A stretch of 40,523 bases of DNA from Christensenellaceae bacterium. GTDB taxonomy: Bacteria; Bacillota; Clostridia; Christensenellales; UBA1242. Below, one piece after another: positions 1 to 9,816 of the stretch (within the stretch, counting starts at the first letter, position 1; every line of letters starts with the position of its first letter). The notes under the pieces were generated by a model. It was not told the DNA's origin. It worked only from the letters and a program-made list of their open reading frames with translations, and searched no databases. The stretch lies in the NCBI GenBank assembly GCA_031255215.1, contig JAIRSY010000065.1, positions 1 to 40,523 of the forward strand. The letters run 5' to 3'. The position numbers and the translations under genes were made by a program.

Positions 1-411
1 CCGCCGTCTTCCAATATAACCGATGCCGATTTTGCCAAGTATACTTCCCCCGAAACTTTATTAAAACAGGAAGAAAAACAAAGACGTGCGGAGTTTGAGG
101 TTGCAAGCAAAGATGTCGGTGCGGAAAGGGTGTTTACCCGTCCCGACAAAATAAATACATCGGCAGACTTGAAAAATACGGAAAAGAAAGAGATGGGGCA
201 GTTTGATTATACCATTCACCTGAATAAAAATACCTTGATAATTGCAATCGCCTGTGCCGTGTTTTTGGTGACTTTATTGGTTCTCTTTATCGTTAATGTT
301 TCAAAAATGGCAAGTTCAAGTGCAAGTTTCGTTTATTTGCGAAATATAGATGAAACATGCGGAAATATACGGCGACAAGTGAACGGCGGAGGGTCCTCGT
401 TTTCCTCGTAA
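1..411 (+). CDS. hypothetical single-pass membrane protein, 5' end outside window (FtsL-like position)
   Basis: Frame 1 is open from nt 1 to TAA 409-411. It has one hydrophobic helix (LIIAIACAVFLVTLLVLFIV). It lies immediately upstream of the class B PBP gene and overlaps it by 55 nt, which is where FtsL usually sits. There is no diagnostic motif, so the function is positional inference only. Confidence 0.35.
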   Translation, partial: PPSSNITDADFAKYTSPETLLKQEEKQRRAEFEVASKDVGAERVFTRPDKINTSADLKNTEKKEMGQFDYTIHLNKNTLIIAIACAVFLVTLLVLFIVNVSKMASSSASFVYLRNIDETCGNIRRQVNGGGSSFSS

Positions 412-2078
412 TCTTCTTGTCCATTACAATCATTTTAACCGGAAGGCTTGTCTATGTGCAGCTCTTTAAGGGAAGTTACCTGAAAGTTTTGGCGTCCGAA
501 CAATGGTATCGCGATTTGCCGTTGCAGGCAATGCGAGGGGATATTTATGACGCAAACGGCCTCACTTTGGCAACTTCACAACTCTCTTATTCAATATATT
601 TACGACCGGTAGAGATAACGGATGCGGAGATTGCCGCACGGGAGCTGTCGTCCGTTTTGCAACTTGATTATGCATCACTTCTTAAAAAAATAAGCGGAAA
701 AGCACAGAGCGAAATCCTTGTAAAAATGGGTATTGATAAAGAAACGGCGATGAATTTGGTTGGCAAAAACCTGGGCGGTGTTTATCTTTCGCAAACCTAT
801 ACAAGATTATATCCGCAGGGGTCAACCGCGGGACAGATTTTGGGTCTTGTAAGCATTGACGGTAACGGTCAAGAGGGTTTGGAAAAGTATTACAACGAAT
901 TGCTTATGGGAACAAATGGGAAGATTGCGACCGAAGCGGATTTACGCGGAGTGAAGATTGAAAACGGTAAAGAATATTATGTTGAGGCAACCGCGGGACA
1001 AAATCTTACCTTGAATATTGATGCCCAAATACAGCAGGCGGTGCAGAATGCCCTGCAAAAGGCGTTGACCGACCATAAAGCGAAGGCGGTGTCCGCCCTT
1101 GTCATGGACATTGAAACGGGTGCGGTTGTGGCGTCCGGTTCCGCACCTTTTTATGATATGAATGAGCAGCCGCGGGATAACGGTGCCGAACTCCTTACCC
1201 AAATAAAAAACCTTCCGATAATCAATGTTTTGGAACCGGGTTCGACCTTCAAAATCATTACTCTTGCGGCGGCGATAGAGGAGGGCGTTGTCGACCTTGA
1301 AAACGACCGTTTTTCCTGTTCGGGAACAAAGAGTGTTGACGGGGAAAGGATAAGATGCTGGCGAAGTAAGGGGCATGGTGTTCAAACGTTGCAGGAGGGC
1401 GTCAACAACTCGTGCAACTGCGTCTTTATGGAACTTGCACTTCGTGTCGGCGTTGAAAAGTATTATGAATACCTAAAAAAGTTTGGTCTTGGTGAAAAGA
1501 CGGGGGTTGATTTTTCCGGTGAAAGCTCGGGGCTTCTTTTGAACCCATCACGCGTTCGCACGGTTGACCTTGCCCGCATTGGTTTTGGTCAGGCAATTGC
1601 CGTTTCTCCCGTGCAGCTTCTGTCCGCCGTGTCCGCAATAATCGGTGACGGAAACCTTAGAAGTCCCCGTTTTGTCGGCGAATCGCCCGTAAAGAGACGG
1701 GTAGTGTCCGCGGAAACAAACGAAATTGTCCGTAATTTGTTGTATGGTGTTGTGAATGACGGAAGCGGAAAACACGCGGGCGTGGCGGGTTATCAAATCG
1801 GAGGTAAAACAGGAACCGCACAGAAATACAAAAACGGCATAATTGACCAAGGTCACTATATATCTTCATTCTTAGGTTTTATTTCAAATAAAGGCAAACC
1901 GAAATATGCTTGTTATTTTTATGTCGATGAACCGTCTACCGGCGTTTACTATGGCTCCCTTGTTGCCGCTCCTTATGTGGGCAATATTTTTCAAACGATT
2001 GCAATTCTAAAAAACTTCGAAAGCACCGGTGCCGCGGTTTTCGCACCGATTGAAATACCGGAAGAAATGCTGTGGTGA
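357..2078 (+). CDS. class B penicillin-binding protein, peptidoglycan D,D-transpeptidase (FtsI/SpoVD family)
   Basis: N-terminal membrane anchor (VLVFLVIFLSITIILTG), then transpeptidase motifs SxxK (GSTFK), SxN (NSCN) and KTG (GGKTGTAQ). No PASTA-like tail. Confidence 0.9.
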   Translation: MRKYTATSERRRVLVFLVIFLSITIILTGRLVYVQLFKGSYLKVLASEQWYRDLPLQAMRGDIYDANGLTLATSQLSYSIYLRPVEITDAEIAARELSSVLQLDYASLLKKISGKAQSEILVKMGIDKETAMNLVGKNLGGVYLSQTYTRLYPQGSTAGQILGLVSIDGNGQEGLEKYYNELLMGTNGKIATEADLRGVKIENGKEYYVEATAGQNLTLNIDAQIQQAVQNALQKALTDHKAKAVSALVMDIETGAVVASGSAPFYDMNEQPRDNGAELLTQIKNLPIINVLEPGSTFKIITLAAAIEEGVVDLENDRFSCSGTKSVDGERIRCWRSKGHGVQTLQEGVNNSCNCVFMELALRVGVEKYYEYLKKFGLGEKTGVDFSGESSGLLLNPSRVRTVDLARIGFGQAIAVSPVQLLSAVSAIIGDGNLRSPRFVGESPVKRRVVSAETNEIVRNLLYGVVNDGSGKHAGVAGYQIGGKTGTAQKYKNGIIDQGHYISSFLGFISNKGKPKYACYFYVDEPSTGVYYGSLVAAPYVGNIFQTIAILKNFESTGAAVFAPIEIPEEMLW

Positions 2079-2096
2079 TTTCTGTTTTTACAAAAT

Positions 2097-2130
2097 AAAA
2101 CATTGGTTGCCAAACACCATTGTTTTCATT
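2097..2130 (+). terminator. possible rho-independent terminator after the PBP gene
   Basis: aaaaca-t-tggt / loop tgccaaac / acca-t-tgtttt gives about 10 bp with one mismatch, followed by a T-rich tail (tttcatt). The stem is AT-rich and therefore weak. Confidence 0.35.
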
Positions 2131-2206
2131 ACGGGGGACTTTGCCGAAATGATTTAATTTTGGACATATTTATTTTACCGTCTCAATATAAATTGCAAAT
2201 GGAGGT

Positions 2207-3697
2207 ATGATGAAGATGGAAACGGTTTACAATAATTTAGAGCAAAAGACAAACAATATCCTTGAACATACACAGATGAAGATCGATTATAAGGCGGACG
2301 TCCCCGCCGATGCAAAAAAGGTTTTGTCCACAAAAAATACTTTATTTCAAAACGATTTGGATGTCAATGACAACGAAGTTACGGTCTTTGGAGATATAAT
2401 TTCAAGAGCGGTATTTATAAATGAAAATGATAAATTTGACAGCAATGAAGTGTCGAACAGGTTTGAAGCAAAAATTCCTCTCAAAGATGCGAAAAAATAT
2501 TCCGGCCTGTCCGCCGTCGCACGCCTTATCGATGATAATATTATCGATGTTGTGTTGACCGGTCTTTCTTCAAAATCAATACGATATGTGTCGGGTATTG
2601 ACGGCGGCTGCGAAATTAAAACCAATGCAACAAAGATAGGAAGTTTTGATAGTGCGGTAAATGAAAAATTCAGCATTGAAGACGCCGTTGAGCTTGATAA
2701 AAATTGTGAAGGTGTAATCTCCGTCGATGTCAATACCGTTGTTCGTGATATAGTTGCAAATTCGGGCAAGATAAGCGTAAAGGGCATTATTTCCTTGAAT
2801 GTTTTCGGTATAAAGGGCGGCGACGGCGGAAGTGTCCCGTTTAATTCATATTATGATATTGATTTTACAAAATCCTTCGCCGCGGAAAACTTGACGCCTA
2901 ATGATTATGCGTTTGGGAATTTAATTCTTGCAGGAGTGCAGACAAAGATTGAAACCGACAAAAAACTTATGCTTGATGTTGAAATAATAATGCAGTTCAA
3001 CGGGGTCGTCTATAAATATACCGAAATTCAAAACGTGGTAGACGCGATTTCGCCGGTGCAGGAACTTGCTTTCGCTTCCGGTAATATTGAACAAACGGAG
3101 GTCATGCCTCAAATAAATTCCGTTGTTGACGTTGAATCAAATATCAATGTCGCCGGCGATATTGGGTATGTTTCAAAGGTTTTGTCCGTTGATAATGTCA
3201 ATTTCGGTGCCTTCAATGTAACACCCGTTGATAACAAGGTGAATATCGAAGGAATCGTGAAGGCGTCCGTTCTTGCGGAAACCGAGGAAAAAATGCTGCT
3301 GAATTTCCCTGTCGAATTTCCTGTATCCTTATTCGTCCGTGCCGAAGGAATCGACCGTGAACATAATGTTTTGACCGCCGTTTCGCCCGTCTCCGTTAAT
3401 ATGAAGGCAAGACGCGGTCAGGAATTGTTAATTGACATAAGGGTCGGCGTATCCGTCATCGCTTCCCAAACAAAACAAATCCAAATGTTAAGTGAAATAA
3501 TTGTCGGCAAAGATAAAATAAAAGATGAAAGTGCCGTTCGAATCTATATTGTCGGTGAAAAAGATTCCCTTTGGGATATCGCCAAAAATACTAACGTTTC
3601 GTCAAACGAAATCCTACGTCAAAATCCTCAATTGTCTTCCGGGGTTATCGTCGGTGATAGGGTGATAATTTATCGTCAGGAAGTAGTCCAATTTTGA
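2207..3697 (+). CDS. DUF3794 (SipL SPOCS-type) repeat protein with C-terminal LysM domain; SipL/SpoVID-like spore-coat morphogenesis candidate
   Basis: GGAGG Shine-Dalgarno at 2199-2203. Repeated beta-rich modules (VTVFGDIISRAVFIN, ISVKGIISLNVFG, VNIEGIVKASVLAE). C-terminal LysM (IYIVGEKDSLWDIAKNTNVSSNEILRQNPQL...GDRVIIY). Confidence 0.65.
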   Translation: MMKMETVYNNLEQKTNNILEHTQMKIDYKADVPADAKKVLSTKNTLFQNDLDVNDNEVTVFGDIISRAVFINENDKFDSNEVSNRFEAKIPLKDAKKYSGLSAVARLIDDNIIDVVLTGLSSKSIRYVSGIDGGCEIKTNATKIGSFDSAVNEKFSIEDAVELDKNCEGVISVDVNTVVRDIVANSGKISVKGIISLNVFGIKGGDGGSVPFNSYYDIDFTKSFAAENLTPNDYAFGNLILAGVQTKIETDKKLMLDVEIIMQFNGVVYKYTEIQNVVDAISPVQELAFASGNIEQTEVMPQINSVVDVESNINVAGDIGYVSKVLSVDNVNFGAFNVTPVDNKVNIEGIVKASVLAETEEKMLLNFPVEFPVSLFVRAEGIDREHNVLTAVSPVSVNMKARRGQELLIDIRVGVSVIASQTKQIQMLSEIIVGKDKIKDESAVRIYIVGEKDSLWDIAKNTNVSSNEILRQNPQLSSGVIVGDRVIIYRQEVVQF

Positions 3698-3709
3698 GAG
3701 TGCCGCAAG

Positions 3710-4426
3710 ATGATATTCGAAAATTTTATAACCTTTTTAACAAAAGTCTTCTTTTTTTCCGGCTTCGTAAACGAAAAGGGCGGGTTCCCCAAACCTCTTT
3801 CAAAAAAAGAAGAATTGGAACACTTTCAACGGTTTTGGACAGGCGATAAAACTTCAAAGGATATTCTTATACGCCATAATTTACGCCTTGTCGCCCATAT
3901 CGTAAAAAAATATAATGGTGCGGCGGAGGCCGACGACCTAATATCATGCGGGACAATCGGTCTTATTAAGGCAATCAATTCCTATCGTGCCGATAAAAAT
4001 ACAATGATTTCTACTTATGCCGCCACCTGTATAAATAATGAAATTTTAATGTATTTAAGGGTAAATAAAAAACATCTCGCTATCTCTTCCCTTGATACCC
4101 CTGCCGAAATTGGTGATGGAGGCGAAAGCGGGGATTTGTCGCTGTTAGAGATTTTGCCGAGTGAAATGGAGCAGGGCGGCGTCGACGTTGAAATTTCTAA
4201 AAATATGCTTGACCGACTTATTACGGAAATGAAATCCCGTCTTGATGCACGTGAATTTGAAATTATAAATTTACGCTATGGTTTAGCCAATCATATTGCA
4301 ATGCCGCAAAGAGAAGTTGCAAACAAATTGAAAATAAGCCGAAGTTACATAAGCCGTATAGAAAAACACGCAATAGAAGTTGTCAAACAGATCGTCAAAG
4401 AAAAGGAATTCTTGGGTTTTACTTAA
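3710..4426 (+). CDS. sigK: RNA polymerase sporulation sigma factor, pro-sigma-K type
   Basis: The N-terminus FFFSGFVNEKGGFPKPLSKKEE...HNLRLVAHIVKK...DLISCGTIGLIKA...ATCINNEILMYLR parallels B. subtilis pro-SigK (VSYVKNNAFPQPLSSSEE...HNLRLVAHIVKK) as I recall it. Region 4.2 HTH is QREVANKLKISRSYISRIEKHA. The gene is uninterrupted. Confidence 0.85.
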   Translation: MIFENFITFLTKVFFFSGFVNEKGGFPKPLSKKEELEHFQRFWTGDKTSKDILIRHNLRLVAHIVKKYNGAAEADDLISCGTIGLIKAINSYRADKNTMISTYAATCINNEILMYLRVNKKHLAISSLDTPAEIGDGGESGDLSLLEILPSEMEQGGVDVEISKNMLDRLITEMKSRLDAREFEIINLRYGLANHIAMPQREVANKLKISRSYISRIEKHAIEVVKQIVKEKEFLGFT

Positions 4427-6386
4427 AATTAAAAAACCAATAGTCGTTTTTCGTTTTGACCTTATATGTCGAAGTGCCTTCGTTCTCCTTATCTTCATAA
4501 AGATATTTTTCGTCATTCCCCGTAATTACTTCCTGCAAAACATCATCTTTATAAATTTCATAGACTTCATTCTCCTCCGTTGGAAACCAAATTTCCGCAA
4601 CGCCGAGCGGGTCGATTTGTCCCCTTGCCTCATCTTCAATTTTATTTTCTGTCTTGTATTTAAGAGAATTTGGAACGGCAAACGTTGTCCCCTCTTTTTC
4701 AATTTGCTTATAAATGTCGCGGACAATAAATCCCAATTTGCCGCCGCCGACTTCGCCCTTCGGTAAATCATTTTCAATTTGCATGTCTAAATTTCCCGCC
4801 CATGCAATCAATACGTGGTTTTTTGTATAAGAGGCAAACGTCGCGTCCGTGTTCGTTTGTGCCGATTCTCTCTCCGTCGTCCCCGTCTTTGATGCCACTT
4901 CAAATGGTAAGTATTTAAGTTTCCTGCCCGTCCCGTCTTGTGAAACTTTGCATAGCATTTTTGTAAGAAAATACGCCGTTTCTCCGCTAATCGCATTTTT
5001 GGCGGTATTTTGACCGTCTTCATTATTCAAATAAATGATTTTGCCGTCCCTATCGGTGATTTTTTTGATAAATTTAGGAATTGCGGTCTTGCCGCAATTT
5101 GCAAGCGTTTGGTAGGCACCGGTCAATTCAAAAAAGGACACGCCCTTGGTTGTATTGCCGAGGGCGGCGGATGCATTTTCATTTTTCAAACTTTTAAGTC
5201 CAACCGCCTTTGCGATTTCGCAGCTTCTGTCAACGCCGACGGCGGATAAAATATTCTTTGCCGCCGTGTTGTTGCTTGTCGCTATTGCGTCTTTAACGGT
5301 CATTTCGTTTACATCGTCAATTCCATATATCACCGTATCACTTGTTATTTCTTTCAATTCAAGGGCAGGAGCATATACGATAATGGGTTTAAGTGCCGAA
5401 CCGAAGTTTCTTCTTGCACCGAGGACAATTGGGTTCGATGCCCACATCGCTTCAATCTGTCCGTTCGGTTTCCCTAAAATTATACATTTGTCCCCGTCAA
5501 TGCCGTAATCCTCCGCCGTTATGTATTTATAAATTAAATTTTGTTTCTTCGGGTCAAAATAAGTTTCAATTTGATATCCGTAGTTTGCGATGTCCGCCTC
5601 ACTTAAATTTAATATGTCTTTCGCCTCTTTAATCGTCGCCTGTTTATAAACTGCACTTGTATTTTTTTCTTCCTTCAAGACAATTGTCTCGCCCATCGCC
5701 GTTTTATATTCTTCATCGTTTATATACTTTTGTTTCTTCATAAGACTTAATACCAAGGCCGTCCGTTCGGATTGTATTTTTGACGGATTTTGGATAAGTG
5801 CCGCCAAAAACGCCGATTCCTTCAATGTTAAATCTTTCGCCTTCTTGTTGAAATAATATCCCGCCGCATCGCCGATTCCGTAAATGTTATTTCCAAAATA
5901 AATTGCGTTAAGATACAACTCTAATATCTCATCTTTTGTTTTTAATTTTTCAAGTTTAAGTGCCAAAACGGCCTCCCTTGATTTTCGCCGTAAACTTTTC
6001 TCGTTTGTTAAATGTGTATTTTTAATAAGTTGCTGGGTAATTGTGCTTGCACCCTCTTTTGAATAGCCGGCACGTATATTGTTGAAAAATGCTTTAATAA
6101 TCCTTTTGTAAGACAAACCGTTGTGCCGGTAAAAATCTTTGTCTTCAATTGCAATAAACGCCGCCCTTGTATAATCATTCATCTCCGTCAATTTTGTATA
6201 TTGTATTGCCTTTCCTCCGCTTAGATAATCGCCGTTAATGTCCGTGATTAAAAATGTATGAAGGGTAAGTTTATCGACATGGACCTTTTGGGATTGCCAA
6301 AAACAAAACGCAAAAATCCCCGTAACCAATATCAATGCCAAAAAGATTTGAAGGGCGATTTTTGACTTTGTTTTGCTTTTTTTCAC
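4419..6386 (-). CDS. class A penicillin-binding protein (bifunctional GT51 glycosyltransferase / transpeptidase)
   Basis: N-terminal TM segment. GT51 motifs are AIEDKDFYRHNG and GASTITQQLIKN. Transpeptidase motifs are SxxK (GSALKP), SxN (TSNN) and KTG (SKTGTT). Its 3' end overlaps the sigK stop by 8 nt in convergent orientation. Confidence 0.9.
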   Translation of the reverse strand: MKKSKTKSKIALQIFLALILVTGIFAFCFWQSQKVHVDKLTLHTFLITDINGDYLSGGKAIQYTKLTEMNDYTRAAFIAIEDKDFYRHNGLSYKRIIKAFFNNIRAGYSKEGASTITQQLIKNTHLTNEKSLRRKSREAVLALKLEKLKTKDEILELYLNAIYFGNNIYGIGDAAGYYFNKKAKDLTLKESAFLAALIQNPSKIQSERTALVLSLMKKQKYINDEEYKTAMGETIVLKEEKNTSAVYKQATIKEAKDILNLSEADIANYGYQIETYFDPKKQNLIYKYITAEDYGIDGDKCIILGKPNGQIEAMWASNPIVLGARRNFGSALKPIIVYAPALELKEITSDTVIYGIDDVNEMTVKDAIATSNNTAAKNILSAVGVDRSCEIAKAVGLKSLKNENASAALGNTTKGVSFFELTGAYQTLANCGKTAIPKFIKKITDRDGKIIYLNNEDGQNTAKNAISGETAYFLTKMLCKVSQDGTGRKLKYLPFEVASKTGTTERESAQTNTDATFASYTKNHVLIAWAGNLDMQIENDLPKGEVGGGKLGFIVRDIYKQIEKEGTTFAVPNSLKYKTENKIEDEARGQIDPLGVAEIWFPTEENEVYEIYKDDVLQEVITGNDEKYLYEDKENEGTSTYKVKTKNDYWFFNFK

Positions 6387-7402
6387 AATTTATTGTATGC
6401 TACTTCGTGAAATTTACTATCGAAAATCAATTTAATGTTGAAAAAATAAGAAAACCTTTTCGTTTTTGTATAAAGAATTACGGCTGTCAAATGAATGAAA
6501 ATAAAAGTGAACAGATTAAAATCCACTTCCTTTCACTTGGATATCTATACGATGAAATTGATTATGACCTCGTTATCTTTAATACTTGCTGCATTCGGGA
6601 TACGGCCGAACAAAAAATTATGTCGCATATTGCCGTTGAAAAACAAAAGAACAAAAAAATTTTAATCTCCGGCTGCCTTTCTCAAAAATTGAAAAATAGA
6701 TTTGAAATTTTTAATATCAACAATCTCCTTACAAAAAATAAATTCATAGACATTACATATGGCTGCGACAATCATTGTTCGTATTGTATCGTCCCGTCCG
6801 TCCGCGGTCATTTACGAATTCGCGGTGAGGAAGAAATCTTAAGGGAATTTGTCTATAAAATAAGATTTAATAAACGTATCGTCCTTCTTGGACAAAATGT
6901 TAACGAATATCCCGATTTTCATAAATTATTACAAAAACTTTGCTCAATAGACGGCGATTTTACGGTTAACTTTCTTTCTTCTCATCCAAAAGATTTTACG
7001 GACGACCTTATAAGGACAATCGCCGTCAATAAAAAGATAGAAAAAGACCTCCATCTGCCGTTGCAATCGGGCTGCGACAGGATTTTGGAACTTATGAACC
7101 GAAAATATACGGTTGCCCACTATGAAATGCTGATAAATAAACTTCGCCGTTTAGTCCCCGACATTCACATAACTACCGACATAATTTGCGGCTTTCCCAC
7201 CGAAACGGAAGAAGATTTTAATGAAACAATTGCCGTCGTGAAACGTATTAAGTTTGACGCCTGCTATATCTTCCCTTATTCAATCCGTTCCGGAACCCGT
7301 GCCGCCGCAATGCCTCAAATTCCGTTTTCAACCCGAAAGGCACGGGCAACCAAACTTATCAATCTTATGCGTAAAGAAAAAAAGCAGTTAAGCAATAATT
7401 AA
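6335..7402 (+). CDS. miaB: radical-SAM methylthiotransferase, MiaB-like, lacking the C-terminal TRAM domain
   Basis: The three Cys of the N-terminal MTTase domain are present (YGCQMN, NTCCIR, SGCLSQ), as is the radical-SAM CxxxCxxC (GCDNHCSYCIVP). The protein ends soon after FPYSIRSGTRAA. The start is uncertain: ATG 6335 overlaps the divergent PBP gene by 52 nt, whereas in-frame GTG 6407 would avoid the overlap. Confidence 0.8.
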   Translation: MPKRFEGRFLTLFCFFSQFIVCYFVKFTIENQFNVEKIRKPFRFCIKNYGCQMNENKSEQIKIHFLSLGYLYDEIDYDLVIFNTCCIRDTAEQKIMSHIAVEKQKNKKILISGCLSQKLKNRFEIFNINNLLTKNKFIDITYGCDNHCSYCIVPSVRGHLRIRGEEEILREFVYKIRFNKRIVLLGQNVNEYPDFHKLLQKLCSIDGDFTVNFLSSHPKDFTDDLIRTIAVNKKIEKDLHLPLQSGCDRILELMNRKYTVAHYEMLINKLRRLVPDIHITTDIICGFPTETEEDFNETIAVVKRIKFDACYIFPYSIRSGTRAAAMPQIPFSTRKARATKLINLMRKEKKQLSNN

Positions 7403-7484
7403 GGATTTTTAGTAAAATTTATGTTGTTTTTTACTTTATTACTTCCTCCTTGTTGTAATAATGCTTTCCATTCAATATTAGAAA

Positions 7485-7493
7485 TGTTATAAT
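7485..7493 (+). promoter_or_regulatory. extended -10 element (TGtTATAAT) 7 nt upstream of the mutS ATG
   Basis: tgttataat at 7485-7493, then acggcgt, then ATG 7501. There is no purine-rich SD in between. The -35 region is weak (tttcca 7465-7470). Confidence 0.45.
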
Positions 7494-7500
7494 ACGGCGT

Positions 7501-9816
7501 ATGCAGATATCTCCTTCAATGCAGAAATATTTAGAATTCAAGGCGGAAAACCCGGACGCGATAATCTTTTACCGTCTTGGTGATTTTTATGAAATGTTCT
7601 TCGAAGATGCCGAATTGGTTGCGTCTAAAATCGGCCTTACCCTTACCTCTAAACAATGCGGTCTCGCAAAACCGGCACCGATGTGCGGGGTGCCGTTTCA
7701 TTCGTCAACCATCTATATAAAAAAACTTGTTGATATGGGTTATAAAATTGCAATAGCGGAGCAGATGGAGGAAGCGAACGGAAAGACCTTGATAAAACGG
7801 GAAGTGGTGCGAATAATTACGCAGGGAACGGTGATCGACGATACGATGCTCTGTGCAGACACGAACAATTTCCTTTCCGCCGTCTATGAGGGTCAATATT
7901 GTGCGTATTGCGATATTACAACAGGCGAATTTTATTGTCTGGAAATTCCTGCGGATAATTTAATCGCAAAAATAAATCCTCGGGAAATAATTACGCAGGA
8001 TAAATATGATTATGCGTTTAAGCCTAAATTTGCCCGCGAAACCGTCCTCAACTACTTTAATATCTTAACAACAACAATCTTTAACATTGATGACAACTCC
8101 CCCTTGGTTTGTGCTTGCGGTGCCTTGTTGGAGTTTTTGTCAATCACCCAAAAGGGCGGCAAACTTTCAAATATAACCAAAATAACAAGGTTGAAACGCG
8201 GGGACTCTCTTGAACTTGACAGGGTCGCCATCGAAAATTTGGAAATTTTGAAGACTTATAGAGAAAATAAAAAACATGGCAGTTTGCTTGGCGTAATGGA
8301 CAGGACACTTACACCTATGGGGGCAAGAAGAATGGCCGCGGTCGTTTCTTCACCGCTTAGAAGTGTAGAAGATATAATGGAACGTCAAATATATGTAAAG
8401 GAATTGGTTGAAGACGCGGCGTTACTTAAAAACATAAGGGATATCCTTGCGAAATTTAATGACTTATCGCGTTTCGCGGGTAAACTTTCAAACGGCAATA
8501 TCCTACCGAAAGATTTAATCGCCTTCGCAAACTGTCTTGAACATATAAAAGAATTGCGTATGACCGTTGATACAAGGAAGTTTCCGCTGCATGACCTCAA
8601 CGATATTAAAGTTTTTTTGAAGGGTGCAATTGAACCGGAATCGCGCGTCGGCATGGGCGGCGGCGGGTATATTTTAGACGGGTTTAACGCGGAACTTGAT
8701 GCCTTGCGAAAATCTTCCGTTTTGGGCAAAGATTGGCTCTCTAAATTAGAACAGATTACGAGAGACAAAATGAATATTGAAAAGATGAAACTTGCTTTTA
8801 GCCGTCTGTCGGGATATTACTTTGAAATTCCGGCAAAAGATGTCTCCCGCATTCCGTTTGATTTTATCCGTAAAGGGTCAACGGTAAATACGGAGCGGTT
8901 TACGACCAAAGAACTTCAAGATATTGAAACCAAAATTTTGGGTGCGGAGGAAAAAGCGGCGGTTCTTGAAAAAAAACTGTTTACCGAGATTATCAATACC
9001 GTTAAAAGTAAAATAAATGAAATTAAAATTAACGCGGACAGCATAGCGGAAATCGACACGCTTTGTGCAATTGCATTCGTTAGTTATAAAAACGAGTGGG
9101 TCGCACCTTCACTTAATACCGATGGTGTTCTTATGTTGAAAGAAGCAAAGCATCCGGTGCTGTCTTCGACGGAGAATAATTTCGTTGGAAACGATTGCAA
9201 TCTTGATACCGAAAATACAGCCATATTGATTACCGGACCCAATATGGCGGGCAAATCTACCTTTATGAAAACCATCGCACTTAATATAATTTTGGCTCAA
9301 ATCGGTTCTTTTGTCCCGTGCAGTTTTGCGAAGATTGCAATTACAGATAAGATCTTTACCCGAATCGGTGCAAGTGATGACATGCAGACGGGGCAGTCCA
9401 CATTTATGGTGGAAATGAATGAGGTTTCAAACATCGTTCATAACGCGACAAATAATTCGCTTGTCCTTCTTGATGAAATTGGACGCGGAACGGGAACGGC
9501 GGACGGATTCGCCTTGGCAAAATCTATAATGCAGTATATAACGGCAAAGATTTGTTGCAAAACAATCATGGCAACACATTTCCATAACCTTGTCGAAATG
9601 GCGGAAGAGAATCACCATATAAAAAATTACAAAGTCCTTGCCCGAAAAATCGGTGATGAATTTGTCTTTCTTCACAAGGTCGTTGAGGGAATTGAACCTG
9701 ACAGCCTTGGCATCGAGGTCGCAAAATTGTCCGGTCTGCCGGTCGAAATACTTGATAATGCAAGGCAAATTTTGAAGGAAGAAAAAACAAAGGAGAAAAG
9801 AAATGGAGCAAATTAA
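7501..9816 (+). CDS. mutS: DNA mismatch repair protein MutS
   Basis: N-terminal mismatch-binding motif (FYRLGDFYEMFFEDA) and Walker A (GPNMAGKSTFMKT), followed by LLDEIGRGTGTADG. Confidence 0.95.
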   Translation: MQISPSMQKYLEFKAENPDAIIFYRLGDFYEMFFEDAELVASKIGLTLTSKQCGLAKPAPMCGVPFHSSTIYIKKLVDMGYKIAIAEQMEEANGKTLIKREVVRIITQGTVIDDTMLCADTNNFLSAVYEGQYCAYCDITTGEFYCLEIPADNLIAKINPREIITQDKYDYAFKPKFARETVLNYFNILTTTIFNIDDNSPLVCACGALLEFLSITQKGGKLSNITKITRLKRGDSLELDRVAIENLEILKTYRENKKHGSLLGVMDRTLTPMGARRMAAVVSSPLRSVEDIMERQIYVKELVEDAALLKNIRDILAKFNDLSRFAGKLSNGNILPKDLIAFANCLEHIKELRMTVDTRKFPLHDLNDIKVFLKGAIEPESRVGMGGGGYILDGFNAELDALRKSSVLGKDWLSKLEQITRDKMNIEKMKLAFSRLSGYYFEIPAKDVSRIPFDFIRKGSTVNTERFTTKELQDIETKILGAEEKAAVLEKKLFTEIINTVKSKINEIKINADSIAEIDTLCAIAFVSYKNEWVAPSLNTDGVLMLKEAKHPVLSSTENNFVGNDCNLDTENTAILITGPNMAGKSTFMKTIALNIILAQIGSFVPCSFAKIAITDKIFTRIGASDDMQTGQSTFMVEMNEVSNIVHNATNNSLVLLDEIGRGTGTADGFALAKSIMQYITAKICCKTIMATHFHNLVEMAEENHHIKNYKVLARKIGDEFVFLHKVVEGIEPDSLGIEVAKLSGLPVEILDNARQILKEEKTKEKRNGAN

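Noticed and set aside
4419-4426. Convergent 3'-end overlaps: sigK with the class A PBP (8 nt), and secF with the FeoB-like gene at 36440-36455 (16 nt). These were considered as possible antisense regulatory arrangements.
   Set aside because: Short convergent overlaps are common in compact genomes. There is no sequence feature beyond the overlap itself to support regulation.
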